Origin: Candidatus Aldehydirespiratoraceae bacterium
Lineage (GTDB): Bacteria > Actinomycetota > Acidimicrobiia > Acidimicrobiales > Aldehydirespiratoraceae
NCBI GenBank assembly: GCA_965261185.1
Contig: CBDHCN010000002.1
Span: forward strand, 2,623,602-2,687,601
Reading direction: 5' to 3'
DNA length: 64,000 nt
Under the pieces are notes generated by a model. It had not been told where the DNA came from and searched no databases. It saw nothing but the letters and a program-made list of their open reading frames with translations. A program made the position numbers and the translations under genes. This document shows, one piece after another, positions 1-8,777 of the stretch; positions within the stretch are counted from its first letter, which is position 1, and the number at the start of each line of letters is the position of its first letter.

Positions 1-25
1 GAACTGAGTTCCGTAGCCTTGCCGG

Positions 26-1384
26 ATGCCCGAAGTTGCCGATACGAGAGCCGGCGCGTTCGCAGCTCTTCGCTATCGCAACTATCGCCTGATGTGGATT
101 TCTGCGATTGTCTCCAGCACTGGACGCTGGTTTCAGGTGTTGGCGATTCCTCTCATTGTCTATGACCTCACCGGCGGAAGTGCTGCGTGGGTTGGTTTGG
201 CCGGGTTCACTCAGTTGCTGCCGGCTGCGGTGCTCTGCCCGCTTGCCGGGGCTATCGCGGATCGTTATCCCCGCCGCTTGATTCTGATTGTCACGCAGTC
301 GACCCAGGCTCTGGTTGCGATTTTGTTCGTGCTGATGTGGTTTGGCGGTGTCCGGTCTCCGGGTTCCTACGTTGTTGTTTCTATTTTGGCTGGTATCGCT
401 AGCGGTCTGAACCTGCCCGCTTGGCAGGCGTTTGTCAGCGAATTGGTACCGCGGGACACGTTGATGTCGGCAGTGACGCTCAACAGCGCACAGTTCAACA
501 TGGCTCGCATGTTGGGTCCGTCGTTGGCTGGTCTGGTGATCGCGCAATGGGGGCCGGGTTGGGCATTTGCGTTCAACGCGGTGTCGTTTCTCGGGGTGAT
601 AGCGGCGCTGGGGTCGTTGCGGTTGCCGCGAATTCAGGTTGAAGCGAAGGGACGTTTGCGGCCGCTGACCGAGTTCGCTCAGGCGGTGGTGTATGTAAGA
701 AACAACGCTGGTATCTCCACGGCAGTCTTTGTGGGTGCTGTGATCGGTTTTTTCGGCATCACAGCGCAGCAGATGTCAATCGTTGTCGCCGAGGATGTCT
801 TTGGTCAGGGCGAACGCGGCTTCGGCTGGATGCTCTCCGCGGCCGGAGTCGGTGCCGTAGCAGCCTCGCCGATGGTCGCCGAGATGGCACGCCGGGTTGA
901 TCGTTCACGGATCCAGGAAGTAGCGCTGTTGTTGTACGGCTGCGGTGTCTGTGCAATGGCGGTGGCTCCGTGGTTTTTTGTAGCGCTAGCAGGCATGTTT
1001 GTCACCGGTATGGCTCACATCGCTTCGGCCTCGACACTCAACACGGCGATACAGTTGCAGGTTGACGAACGGCTGCGGGCACGTGTGTTGTCGGTGTATC
1101 TGACGGTGTTGTTGTTGTCGAGTCCACTGGGCCAACTCTTGATGGGGCAGGCCATCGAAGTATTCGGTCCACGGGAGACCTTCTTGGCTTTCGGGTTGTC
1201 GTTCTTAGCCGTAGCAGTTCTGCTCTTGTTGACTCGACGACTCGCGGCCCTCGACTCTGGTAGCGGAATCTATAGACCATCAGCGGTAGCCGAAGCCCAT
1301 CCCAGCACTCCGGCCCCGCCGCGGTCAGCCGAAGGTCAGCCTGCGATGACGCGAGACACGGGACCTTCGAGCGACAAGGCGTAG
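26..1384 (+). CDS. MFS transporter (EntS/macrolide-efflux-like, MFS_3 type)
   Basis: 452 aa, ~12 hydrophobic segments, MFS motif A 'GAIADRYPRR', typical N-terminus 'FAALRYRNYRL'. Confidence 0.9.
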   Translation: MPEVADTRAGAFAALRYRNYRLMWISAIVSSTGRWFQVLAIPLIVYDLTGGSAAWVGLAGFTQLLPAAVLCPLAGAIADRYPRRLILIVTQSTQALVAILFVLMWFGGVRSPGSYVVVSILAGIASGLNLPAWQAFVSELVPRDTLMSAVTLNSAQFNMARMLGPSLAGLVIAQWGPGWAFAFNAVSFLGVIAALGSLRLPRIQVEAKGRLRPLTEFAQAVVYVRNNAGISTAVFVGAVIGFFGITAQQMSIVVAEDVFGQGERGFGWMLSAAGVGAVAASPMVAEMARRVDRSRIQEVALLLYGCGVCAMAVAPWFFVALAGMFVTGMAHIASASTLNTAIQLQVDERLRARVLSVYLTVLLLSSPLGQLLMGQAIEVFGPRETFLAFGLSFLAVAVLLLLTRRLAALDSGSGIYRPSAVAEAHPSTPAPPRSAEGQPAMTRDTGPSSDKA

Positions 1385-2676
1385 AGTTCACCGTCGGCGT
1401 CTTGGCCGAAAGAGGCGAGTGAGCCACCGGGCACCGTTACCCCAAAGTCCCGAAACACCACTTCGCCAGATGAAATCTGCACGGCCCAAAGGCGTGAGGT
1501 GCAGTAATCGCTGAACACATATGAGCCGACCAGTTCCTCGATCGCTGAGCCTCGGTAGACGAAACCTCCGGTAACGCTGCAGCCGTCATCCTGGCCGTAC
1601 TCCCATACGGGGTCGACATTGCCGCGGGGTTTGTCGCCGGCAAACTCGTGCAGACCCTCGCGCAGACGCCAGCCCAGGTTGGCCCCGACTCCTCCACCGT
1701 TGGCGGCGAGCAGAACGGTCACCTCCTCATAGTGGTTCTGTCCGACATCCGCGATCCAAAGGTCGCCTGTGCCTGTGTCGAACGAGAAGCGCCAAGGGTT
1801 GCGCACTCCAAACAGGAAAACCTCCCCAGAGCCCTGTGTGGCGTCGCTTGGGGCGCTTGGGGGAGCGGCGAAGGGATTGTCGTGTGGAACTGAGTAGGGC
1901 TCGGTTGAGTCTGGTGTTGGCTTGATTCGCAGAATCGCCCCCAGCCAGGTGGCAGGGTTCTGTCCGTGGTCGAACGGGTCGCCGCCAGAGCCTCCATCGC
2001 CGAAAGCGATATGGAGGTGGCCGTTTGGACCGATCACGAGAGCGCCTCCGTTGTGGTTTCTAAACGGTTGGGACTGACGCAGGATCGTTCGGCGTTCACC
2101 GCTCAGAGAAGTGCCCTCCCGCGCGAAGGCCTCGACACGAGTGTCACCGTTTCGGTCGGTGAAATTGGCGTACAACCAGCCATCGCTCACGGCGATGCCC
2201 AGTAGACCTTGCTCTCCTTCGGCGATGGTCTCAGCAGAGATGTCCAAGATCGTCTCAACCACCTCTCGGTGCGCCAAGTCCACCCGTAGCACCCGACCGC
2301 CCCGCTCGGCGATCCAGGCCATTGGGTCGCCGGGGGCTGCGGCCATGTCGATCGGTTCATCGAGGATGAGTAGCTGCTCCAGGGCGATGTTGGCGTTGAG
2401 CAGATTTCCTTCGGGTGGTAGCGCCTCCGCTGAGTTTTCGGTTTGCTCTGCGTTGCCGGCTGGTGCCGGGCTGTCGGACTGCGTCGATTCGTCGGGCTGC
2501 TCTTGGTTGTCGGCCTGAGCGTCTGTTGGCGACGCCTCAACAAGCGCTGTCGTAACGGCAGGCACGGTTGGCCGCGGCTCTGCCAATTCGTTGTCTGTAG
2601 CACAACCTCCGACCAAAACGAGTCCGGCAGCGACCGCAGCCCCGAGCCGCCATCGAATCGAATTGCTTGTCAACAT
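1336..2676 (-). CDS. PQQ-dependent glucose/sorbosone dehydrogenase family lipoprotein
   Basis: lipobox LVGGC; motifs 'GEQGLLG', 'NHNGG', 'GDGG', 'GVRNPWRFSFD', 'DVGQ'. Confidence 0.9.
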   Translation of the reverse strand: MLTSNSIRWRLGAAVAAGLVLVGGCATDNELAEPRPTVPAVTTALVEASPTDAQADNQEQPDESTQSDSPAPAGNAEQTENSAEALPPEGNLLNANIALEQLLILDEPIDMAAAPGDPMAWIAERGGRVLRVDLAHREVVETILDISAETIAEGEQGLLGIAVSDGWLYANFTDRNGDTRVEAFAREGTSLSGERRTILRQSQPFRNHNGGALVIGPNGHLHIAFGDGGSGGDPFDHGQNPATWLGAILRIKPTPDSTEPYSVPHDNPFAAPPSAPSDATQGSGEVFLFGVRNPWRFSFDTGTGDLWIADVGQNHYEEVTVLLAANGGGVGANLGWRLREGLHEFAGDKPRGNVDPVWEYGQDDGCSVTGGFVYRGSAIEELVGSYVFSDYCTSRLWAVQISSGEVVFRDFGVTVPGGSLASFGQDADGELYALSLEGPVSRVIAG

Positions 2677-2706
2677 GGGTCAACTACCCCGACTGGCCTT
2701 TGCCCG

Positions 2707-3654
2707 CTACCACCCGGAGTCTTCGTCGTCTACTTCAAGATGGCGCTTGCCAACTTCGCAGTCGTGAAGGACCGGGCACCAGCGGCACACCGGGCCCGCC
2801 ACGAGGTTCGGTTCGCGTTCGGAACCAAGGACTTCGACGATCTTGGTGGTGCCGTCAATGAGGCGAGCCGCAGCCGCAGAAAGAACATCGTTGGTGATGT
2901 CCTCAGGCACGAATTTGCCCTGGTCGAGATAGTAGGTGGCGACTCGTCGTGGTGGAGTGCCCAGGCGGATGGTCTCGATGAGGGCGTAGAAACGTAGGTC
3001 TTCGAGGTGTTGCGGCGAGAATCCACCAGTTTTCAGGTCGATCAGGACCTTGCCGGCCCGGTTGCCTTCGGGGTGTCCCAGTGTGAGGTCGACCTTGCCG
3101 CTGAACACGAATTGGTCGTGAACGTCATGTCGGAGCCGGCTTTCGGTGACCGGCCGCCACCCGGTCTTCAATGGCGGAAAGCACTCCAGAAATTTGACGA
3201 CTCGGTCGTTGCTCTCGGCCCTCAACTCGGCCCGTTCGGCCTCGCTGATTGTTTGTAGCCAATCACCGAGACTGTTGTCTGATTCGGTGAGGCGGCTCAG
3301 AGACTCGTCGACGAGCGCCAGCGGTTCTGGTTCACGGCGCCAATGAATGGCCAACTCGATTGCCTTGTGAGCAATGGAACCCCGGGCGAGGGGAACCGAC
3401 CATTCGAATTGTGCTTCTTCTTCGGCCAGGTATTTCCGCTCGCAGCCCATTACCTGTCCAAGAGCGTGTTTTGAGACCCATATGGTGTCGTCGATCTTGT
3501 TGGCCCGCTCGGTGAGGGGCGCCAGTCCTTGCTCGATAGCCGCTGCCAGTTCGGTGCGCAGGCTTGCCTCGAATACAGGCCGCTCGGCGCGGCTTGCTCC
3601 GAGGAGGGCGACGACTTCTTGTTGCGCGGGGTTCAAGTCGACGGGAGTCTCCAT
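2707..3654 (-). CDS. PD-(D/E)XK (RecB-family) nuclease
   Basis: 'GKVDL...LIDLKTG', 'L.FYAL', C-terminal CRWCP...C Fe-S-like cysteines; start at ATG 3654 chosen over GTG 3663. Confidence 0.8.
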   Translation of the reverse strand: METPVDLNPAQQEVVALLGASRAERPVFEASLRTELAAAIEQGLAPLTERANKIDDTIWVSKHALGQVMGCERKYLAEEEAQFEWSVPLARGSIAHKAIELAIHWRREPEPLALVDESLSRLTESDNSLGDWLQTISEAERAELRAESNDRVVKFLECFPPLKTGWRPVTESRLRHDVHDQFVFSGKVDLTLGHPEGNRAGKVLIDLKTGGFSPQHLEDLRFYALIETIRLGTPPRRVATYYLDQGKFVPEDITNDVLSAAAARLIDGTTKIVEVLGSEREPNLVAGPVCRWCPVLHDCEVGKRHLEVDDEDSGW

Positions 3655-3688
3655 GCCCTGCACTCTGGCACAACTCTCACGTCTGGAG

Positions 3689-3710
3689 TGTCACACCCGT
3701 ATGACAGCAT
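3689..3710 (+). promoter_or_regulatory. PafBC/RecA-NDp-like promoter
   Basis: TGTCAC-N10-CAGCAT, 7 nt before ATG 3718 (leaderless geometry); -10 deviates from TAnnnT. Confidence 0.45.
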
Positions 3711-3717
3711 GGGATTC

Positions 3718-4071
3718 ATGCAAGCCACATCACTCAAGTTTGCCGCAGCGGCCCGCACGTTGGGTCAAGCGGCGAGACTGCGTGGGCTCGTCGTGCCGTG
3801 TTTTCGCGCACCGCCGGGAGTTGAGGGAGTGCAAAGAACCATCAGGCGCCGCCGCGGTGTGCCGACGATAGCGGTGCGACTCCGGGGTCGGCCCTGGCCA
3901 GCGGTCGTGTCCGACATGATCGAAGGGATCGTTGTTGGCAATGGACTCAGCGGAGCACGGGCCGATCGGATACGCGCCGCTCTGTGGCTGGCCATCGACA
4001 ATTCCACCGAACGTGTAGCAGAAGCGGCAGCTGATGTTGATGGCCATCGCGAGCAGTTGGTGGCAATCTGA
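3718..4071 (+). CDS. conserved hypothetical protein
   Basis: ORF MQATSLKFAAAARTLG...; plausible promoter directly upstream. Confidence 0.6.
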   Translation: MQATSLKFAAAARTLGQAARLRGLVVPCFRAPPGVEGVQRTIRRRRGVPTIAVRLRGRPWPAVVSDMIEGIVVGNGLSGARADRIRAALWLAIDNSTERVAEAAADVDGHREQLVAI

Positions 4072-4095
4072 TGCTTGGCGTTAGTTTATGGTTAC

Positions 4096-4181
4096 GCCCG
4101 GGTGGCGGAATCGGTAGACGCAGGGGGCTTAAACCCCCCGGGAGGGCAACCTCCATGCGGGTTCAAGTCCCGCCCCGGGCA
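4096..4181 (+). tRNA. tRNA-Leu (anticodon TAA), CCA not encoded
   Basis: acceptor GCCCGGG/CCCGGGC, D-loop GGCGGAATCGGTAGACGC, anticodon arm GGGGG-CTTAAAC-CCCCC, long variable arm GGAGG-GCAA-CCTCC, T-loop GGTTCAAGTCC. Confidence 0.95.
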
Positions 4182-4307
4182 CTACAAAACCTCCATTTCG
4201 AAAGCTCGCAGGGGCTTTGAAGGCTGGACTCCCAGCAACCAAGAGCCGAGTGCTTGGTTGGGGTCCTGTCAGCGGCTGTACTTTTGCGCGGAGGCAGAAC
4301 GGTTAGC

Positions 4308-5795
4308 ATGGCGTCCGTGAGCGGAAACGGGTTTTCTGGAGCGGGTGGTGGGCTGCTGGACAACTACGACGCGAGCCGGGCTTACGATGAGGTGTTCGAA
4401 CCCGATGGGTCGGTCCGTAGCGCGTATGCGCGGATTGTCGAGCGTTTCAGAGAGCTCGGCGTGATCGAACTACGGCGTCTTGAAAAGCTCGTCGCCGAAG
4501 AGTTCCGTCGGCAAGGCATCACCTTCACCGTCTACAGCGATGATGCGGGCACCGAACGAATCTGGCCGATGGACATCTTCCCCCGCCTTATCGCCGCGGC
4601 CGAGTGGGACGAACTGGCCCGCGGTCTGAGCCAGCGGGTGATTGCCCTCAACTGCTTCCTGGCGGACTTCTACAACGGCGACGGCGAGGCGCTGGCCGAC
4701 GGGGTGGTGCCTCGCTGGCTGGTGGTGTCCTCTCAGGGCTTCGAACGCAACGCGGTAGGGATCAAGGTCCGGCACAACGCGCATTGCAACATCGCCGGTA
4801 TTGATGTTGTACGCGGCGCGGATGGGCGCTACCGGGTGCTGGAGGACAATCTCCGCAACCCCAGCGGGATCTCCTATGTGGTCGAGAACCGAGCGGCGAT
4901 GGCGAAGGTCTGTACCTGGCTGTTCGACGACCACGCAGTGCAACCCACCGAGCAGTACGGCCCTATGTTGCGCACCACCCTGGAGTCGATGGCGCCCGAT
5001 GGGCGGAACTCCCCCCACATCGTGGTGTTGACACCAGGCATCTTCAACTCCGCGTATTTCGAACACGCTTTCCTTGCCCGCTCCATGGGCGTGGAACTCG
5101 TGGAGGGCCGCGACCTGGTGGTCGACGATCACAGGGTCTACTCCCGCACCATCGAGGGGCTGGTGAGGGTGGACGTGATCTACAGGCGGATCGATGATGA
5201 TTTCCTGGATCCGGTGTCGTTCAGCCCCGACTCGGCGCTGGGCGTGCCGGGCCTGCTCGGCGCGCTGCGCGCAGGCAACGTCTCGGTTTGCAACGCCATC
5301 GGCAACGGTGTGGTCGACGACAAGGGCGTATACCCCTACGTGCCCGATCTCATCCGCTACTACCTGGGTGCCGAACCGATCATCGACAACGTCCCCACAT
5401 ACATGATGTGGGATCCCGACCAGCGGGCCGAGGCGCTTGGACGACTTGACGAACTCGTGGCCAAGCCAGTCGGGGAATCAGGCGGCTCCGGTGTGTTGAT
5501 CGGTCCGCACGCCAGCGAGCAGGAACTCGAGGCGACTCGGTCCCAAATCGAGGCCGATCCCCGCCAGTGGATCGTTCAAGAGCTGGTGCAACTCTCGACG
5601 CTGCCGGCCTTCGCAGACGATCGTCTTGAGTCCCGGCATCTGGATCTGCGCCCCTTCGTGCTTACCGGCGAGACCACCGAGGTGTTCCCGGGCGGTCTCA
5701 CCCGAGTGGCCATGCGACGCGGGTCGTTGATCGTGAACTCATCCCAAGGTGGCGGTTCCAAGGACACCTGGGTGCTGGCCCACGAGTCGCCATGA
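4308..5795 (+). CDS. circularly permuted type 2 ATP-grasp protein
   Basis: 'QGITFTVY', 'VLEDNLRNPSGISY', 'YRRIDDDFLDP', 'PGGLTRVA', 'NSSQGGGSKDTWV'. Confidence 0.92.
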   Translation: MASVSGNGFSGAGGGLLDNYDASRAYDEVFEPDGSVRSAYARIVERFRELGVIELRRLEKLVAEEFRRQGITFTVYSDDAGTERIWPMDIFPRLIAAAEWDELARGLSQRVIALNCFLADFYNGDGEALADGVVPRWLVVSSQGFERNAVGIKVRHNAHCNIAGIDVVRGADGRYRVLEDNLRNPSGISYVVENRAAMAKVCTWLFDDHAVQPTEQYGPMLRTTLESMAPDGRNSPHIVVLTPGIFNSAYFEHAFLARSMGVELVEGRDLVVDDHRVYSRTIEGLVRVDVIYRRIDDDFLDPVSFSPDSALGVPGLLGALRAGNVSVCNAIGNGVVDDKGVYPYVPDLIRYYLGAEPIIDNVPTYMMWDPDQRAEALGRLDELVAKPVGESGGSGVLIGPHASEQELEATRSQIEADPRQWIVQELVQLSTLPAFADDRLESRHLDLRPFVLTGETTEVFPGGLTRVAMRRGSLIVNSSQGGGSKDTWVLAHESP

Positions 5796-5865
5796 TCTTG
5801 ACGGTCCGGTCCGGCTCTGGTCACCCCGTTGTGGTGGCGGGGCCGAGCGTGTCTGGAGACAGGTC

Positions 5866-6843
5866 ATGATTCTGGCTCGCCACGCTGAGGCGCTGCTGTG
5901 GACTGGCCGTTACCTCGAGCGGGCGGAGTCGACCTCCAGGTGCCTTGATTACGCGGCAAACTCGATCACCGGGCTGCGCGCGGATGAAGCGATTGCCGAG
6001 AGCGAGTTGCTAGTCAAGACCCTGGGTCTCTCCGAGGAACTGCAAGAAATCGGACCGCTCGACAGCAGACCGCAGTTGGTCGCATTCCTGTTGTCGGACC
6101 GCGACAATCCCGGCTCGATGGTGTCGTCGATCATCGCTGCGCGCGAGAACCTTCGCTCAGTCCGGGATCGGATTCCGATCGAGCTCTGGGAGGAGGCCAA
6201 CGGGCTTTACCTCAGGTTCCCGTTCCTCGGTCACCAAAACACGCCGAGCGATCTCCACGAGGTGCTCCTGATGGTCAGGCGGGCATGCTTGGCCATCTCC
6301 GGGGTGCTCAACGAGGGCATGCGACGCGATGAGGGGCACGCATTCGTGGTGGTGGGCCGGATGCTGGAGCGGTCGATTTTCACGGTGGGACTGCTCGAAG
6401 CCAGCCACAGCGACCCCCGCGGATCCTTGGACGCCGGACGGATGCTGCGTCTGACCAGCTCGCTGCAGGCCTATCATCGCCAGCGCGGTAACGCCCCGGA
6501 CTTCGACTCGGTGGTGCGCTACCTGCTGCACGCCGACGATCTGCCCCGCTCGGTATTGTCCTGCCTGGTCCGCGCGGAGGAGAGTCTCGCCGGTTTGGCT
6601 TCGGGCGCCACGGCGTTGGATCGCTCGCGCCGCAAAACCGCCCTTTTGCGCTCCCGTCTGGAGTTCGGCGACCTGTCCGAGGCCTTGGCTTCTTCTCCGG
6701 CGGCCGCGTTATTGGAATTCGGCAAGGAGTTGGCCGAGGTGGCCGGCGATGTTCAGGACGGAATCGCGCCACCTCAGACTCTGGCTGCACCTCGCTCCCA
6801 GTATCTGCGCCCCGGCCCTCTCGGTGATGGAGCGGAGTCGTGA
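5866..6843 (+). CDS. alpha-E domain-containing protein
   Basis: 'MILARHAEALLWTGRYLERAE', second 'GRMLERS' ER motif, 'PRSVLSCL'; follows ATP-grasp gene. Confidence 0.88.
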   Translation: MILARHAEALLWTGRYLERAESTSRCLDYAANSITGLRADEAIAESELLVKTLGLSEELQEIGPLDSRPQLVAFLLSDRDNPGSMVSSIIAARENLRSVRDRIPIELWEEANGLYLRFPFLGHQNTPSDLHEVLLMVRRACLAISGVLNEGMRRDEGHAFVVVGRMLERSIFTVGLLEASHSDPRGSLDAGRMLRLTSSLQAYHRQRGNAPDFDSVVRYLLHADDLPRSVLSCLVRAEESLAGLASGATALDRSRRKTALLRSRLEFGDLSEALASSPAAALLEFGKELAEVAGDVQDGIAPPQTLAAPRSQYLRPGPLGDGAES

Positions 6844-6871
6844 GTCTCGGAATTGAAGCGGTTGACGGAGG

Positions 6872-7846
6872 GTGTTCGCGGTGAGGCTCGGAATCGCCTA
6901 CAGGATGCACTTTCGTTACTCCGAGGCTGTGACCGAGTCGCAGAACGTGGTGCGGGTACGACCCCGTGACGATGACTTCCAGCGGGTGCTCTCCTACCGA
7001 CTCACGTCACGCCCCGTACTGGAGGTGTTTTCTGTGTTCGACTATTGGGGCACGGTCGTGGAGCACCTCGGTGTCCGGAAACCCCACACTGAGTTGGAGT
7101 TGTTGGCGGAGGCGGAAGTGGAGACGGCGCCGCGCTCGACACCTGGGGTCGCGCCCGACCCCGCAGCGTTGGCCGAGGAGGAGTTCCGCTCCGCGCACCT
7201 GGAGTACCTGGTCCCGTCGCAGCATGTGGGTTGGAGTAGTGGCGATGTGGTCGAACAGCGGGCCGCCTCCGCGGTTGCGGGAACCTCAACGGTTGTGGAG
7301 ATGGTCTTAGCGGTGATAGCTGATGTGCGAGCGGCGCTGCTCTATCGGCAGGACTCAACCGATATCGGCGTAACGCTGCCGGAGTTGCTCGTGGGGGGCG
7401 CGGGTGTGTGCCAGGACTTCGCCCACTTGGCACTGGGGATGCTGCGTAGCGTGGGTGTACCGGCTCGTTATGTCTCGGGTTACTTGTTCGCCGCCGACGA
7501 GACCGCGCTGGACGCGCAGGAAGCGGACCTTGTGAGCGTGCAGACCCATGCCTGGATCGAGGTCGCAGTACCCGGTTGGGGTTGGTGGGCGCTTGATCCC
7601 ACCAACGGAGGTGAGGCCGGCGAGCGTCATGTGGTGATCGGCTGCGGTCGTGACTATGGCGACGTGCCCCCGGTTCGGGGCGTGTTCTCGGGGTCAGGAG
7701 TAGCCGCGGTGGACGCCGAGGTGGTGATCTCCAAGCAGGCCGACGGCCCGGCGGGCCAACTCGTGAACGAATCGAGCGGACCGTTGACAGTCTCCACCGC
7801 GGCACAGCCCACAAATCAGCACCAACAGGGCTCCCAACAGCAGTAA
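6872..7846 (+). CDS. transglutaminase-like family protein
   Basis: 'GVCQDFAH', 'ARYVSGYL', 'HAWIEV', 'DPTN', 'GRDYGDVPP'; Gln-rich tail. Confidence 0.92.
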   Translation: MFAVRLGIAYRMHFRYSEAVTESQNVVRVRPRDDDFQRVLSYRLTSRPVLEVFSVFDYWGTVVEHLGVRKPHTELELLAEAEVETAPRSTPGVAPDPAALAEEEFRSAHLEYLVPSQHVGWSSGDVVEQRAASAVAGTSTVVEMVLAVIADVRAALLYRQDSTDIGVTLPELLVGGAGVCQDFAHLALGMLRSVGVPARYVSGYLFAADETALDAQEADLVSVQTHAWIEVAVPGWGWWALDPTNGGEAGERHVVIGCGRDYGDVPPVRGVFSGSGVAAVDAEVVISKQADGPAGQLVNESSGPLTVSTAAQPTNQHQQGSQQQ

Positions 7847-7910
7847 CGAGCAGCCGGCCCCGTCTTGTCGGCGGAACCGACCCCACTGGGGTTCCGCTAT
7901 TGCGGGCGTC

Positions 7911-8558
7911 TTAGAGGTGGAGGCCGCACTCTGTTCTTGCGGTACCACTCCACCGCCCGCTTCGTGGGTGGGCACCTTGAAGCGGTTTTGTCGTGCAGAT
8001 CGCGCAACCGATCGATGGGTAGCCCTGAACGATCAACGGGTTGGTGATGACATTGCGGGTCTGGACGTACTGCGTTACGTCCTCGTCGCTCCACTGGGCG
8101 AGCGGGCAGATCTTGGTCTTGTTGCGTCGATCAGTTGAAACCAGTTTGAGTTGGGCACGGGTTTCTGTTTCAGCTCGACGCGCTCCCGTGAGCCACGCTC
8201 GGCGGTGTCTTAGCAGTTCGTCCAGGAGTGAGGGCTTGACATCGCAACACTCTCCCGGACGGACAGAGTCCCGTATCCTCGTCGCAGGCGCGCTGATCAC
8301 CTTGACGGTGATTCCGTAACGCTGTTCGACCATCGACAACGTGTCCCAGGTTTCACTGAAGTGGTATCCGGTGTCGAGAAAAACGATGTCAATAGCCGGG
8401 GACACCTGCATCGCGAGATCGATCAGAACCGCATCCTGCATCGACGACAGCAGACACATATCCTTCCCGAACTCCTGTTGCGCCCAGTGCAATGTCGAAA
8501 GAGCGCTGCTAGCGGCTAGGTCTGTGTTGAGGGTCGACTGATCCAAAACGATGCTCAT
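7911..8558 (-). CDS. cysH: phosphoadenylyl-sulfate (PAPS/APS) reductase
   Basis: 'FLDTGYHF', 'CCDVK', 'GYPSIGC..CT', 'RSGRW', C-terminal 'ECGLH'. Confidence 0.9.
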   Translation of the reverse strand: MSIVLDQSTLNTDLAASSALSTLHWAQQEFGKDMCLLSSMQDAVLIDLAMQVSPAIDIVFLDTGYHFSETWDTLSMVEQRYGITVKVISAPATRIRDSVRPGECCDVKPSLLDELLRHRRAWLTGARRAETETRAQLKLVSTDRRNKTKICPLAQWSDEDVTQYVQTRNVITNPLIVQGYPSIGCAICTTKPLQGAHPRSGRWSGTARTECGLHL

Positions 8559-8672
8559 TCAGCGCAGTGTAAGCTGAATCCAGTAAATTATGATCCGATT
8601 AGTCATATTTTAGAATATTGACCCACACACCCAAACCACGCCCGCTGTCCGCTAGGAGCTGTTGGCGATAGC

Positions 8673-8694
8673 TGTCAGACCCCCTGTCTAGGAT
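8673..8694 (+). promoter_or_regulatory. PafBC/RecA-NDp-type DNA-damage promoter upstream of mcrB-like gene
   Basis: TGTCAG-ACCCCCTGTC-TAGGAT matches TGTC(G/A)G-N10-TAnnnT. Confidence 0.6.
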
Positions 8695-8777
8695 GTGCAG
8701 CGCACATAGAGGTCAACCTAAGCACACAAGTCGGGCGAAAAAACCTCGCCTACGGAACCTCGCAGAGAGGCGAAACC

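Noticed and set aside
4160-4185. attL/attR pair defining an island at tRNA-Leu
   Set aside because: No second copy of the tRNA 3' end noticed by eye and no integrase in the window
8577-8600. Imperfect palindrome AATCCAGT-N8-ATCCGATT upstream of cysH as a sulfur-regulator site
   Set aside because: Only partly symmetric and seen once; insufficient support
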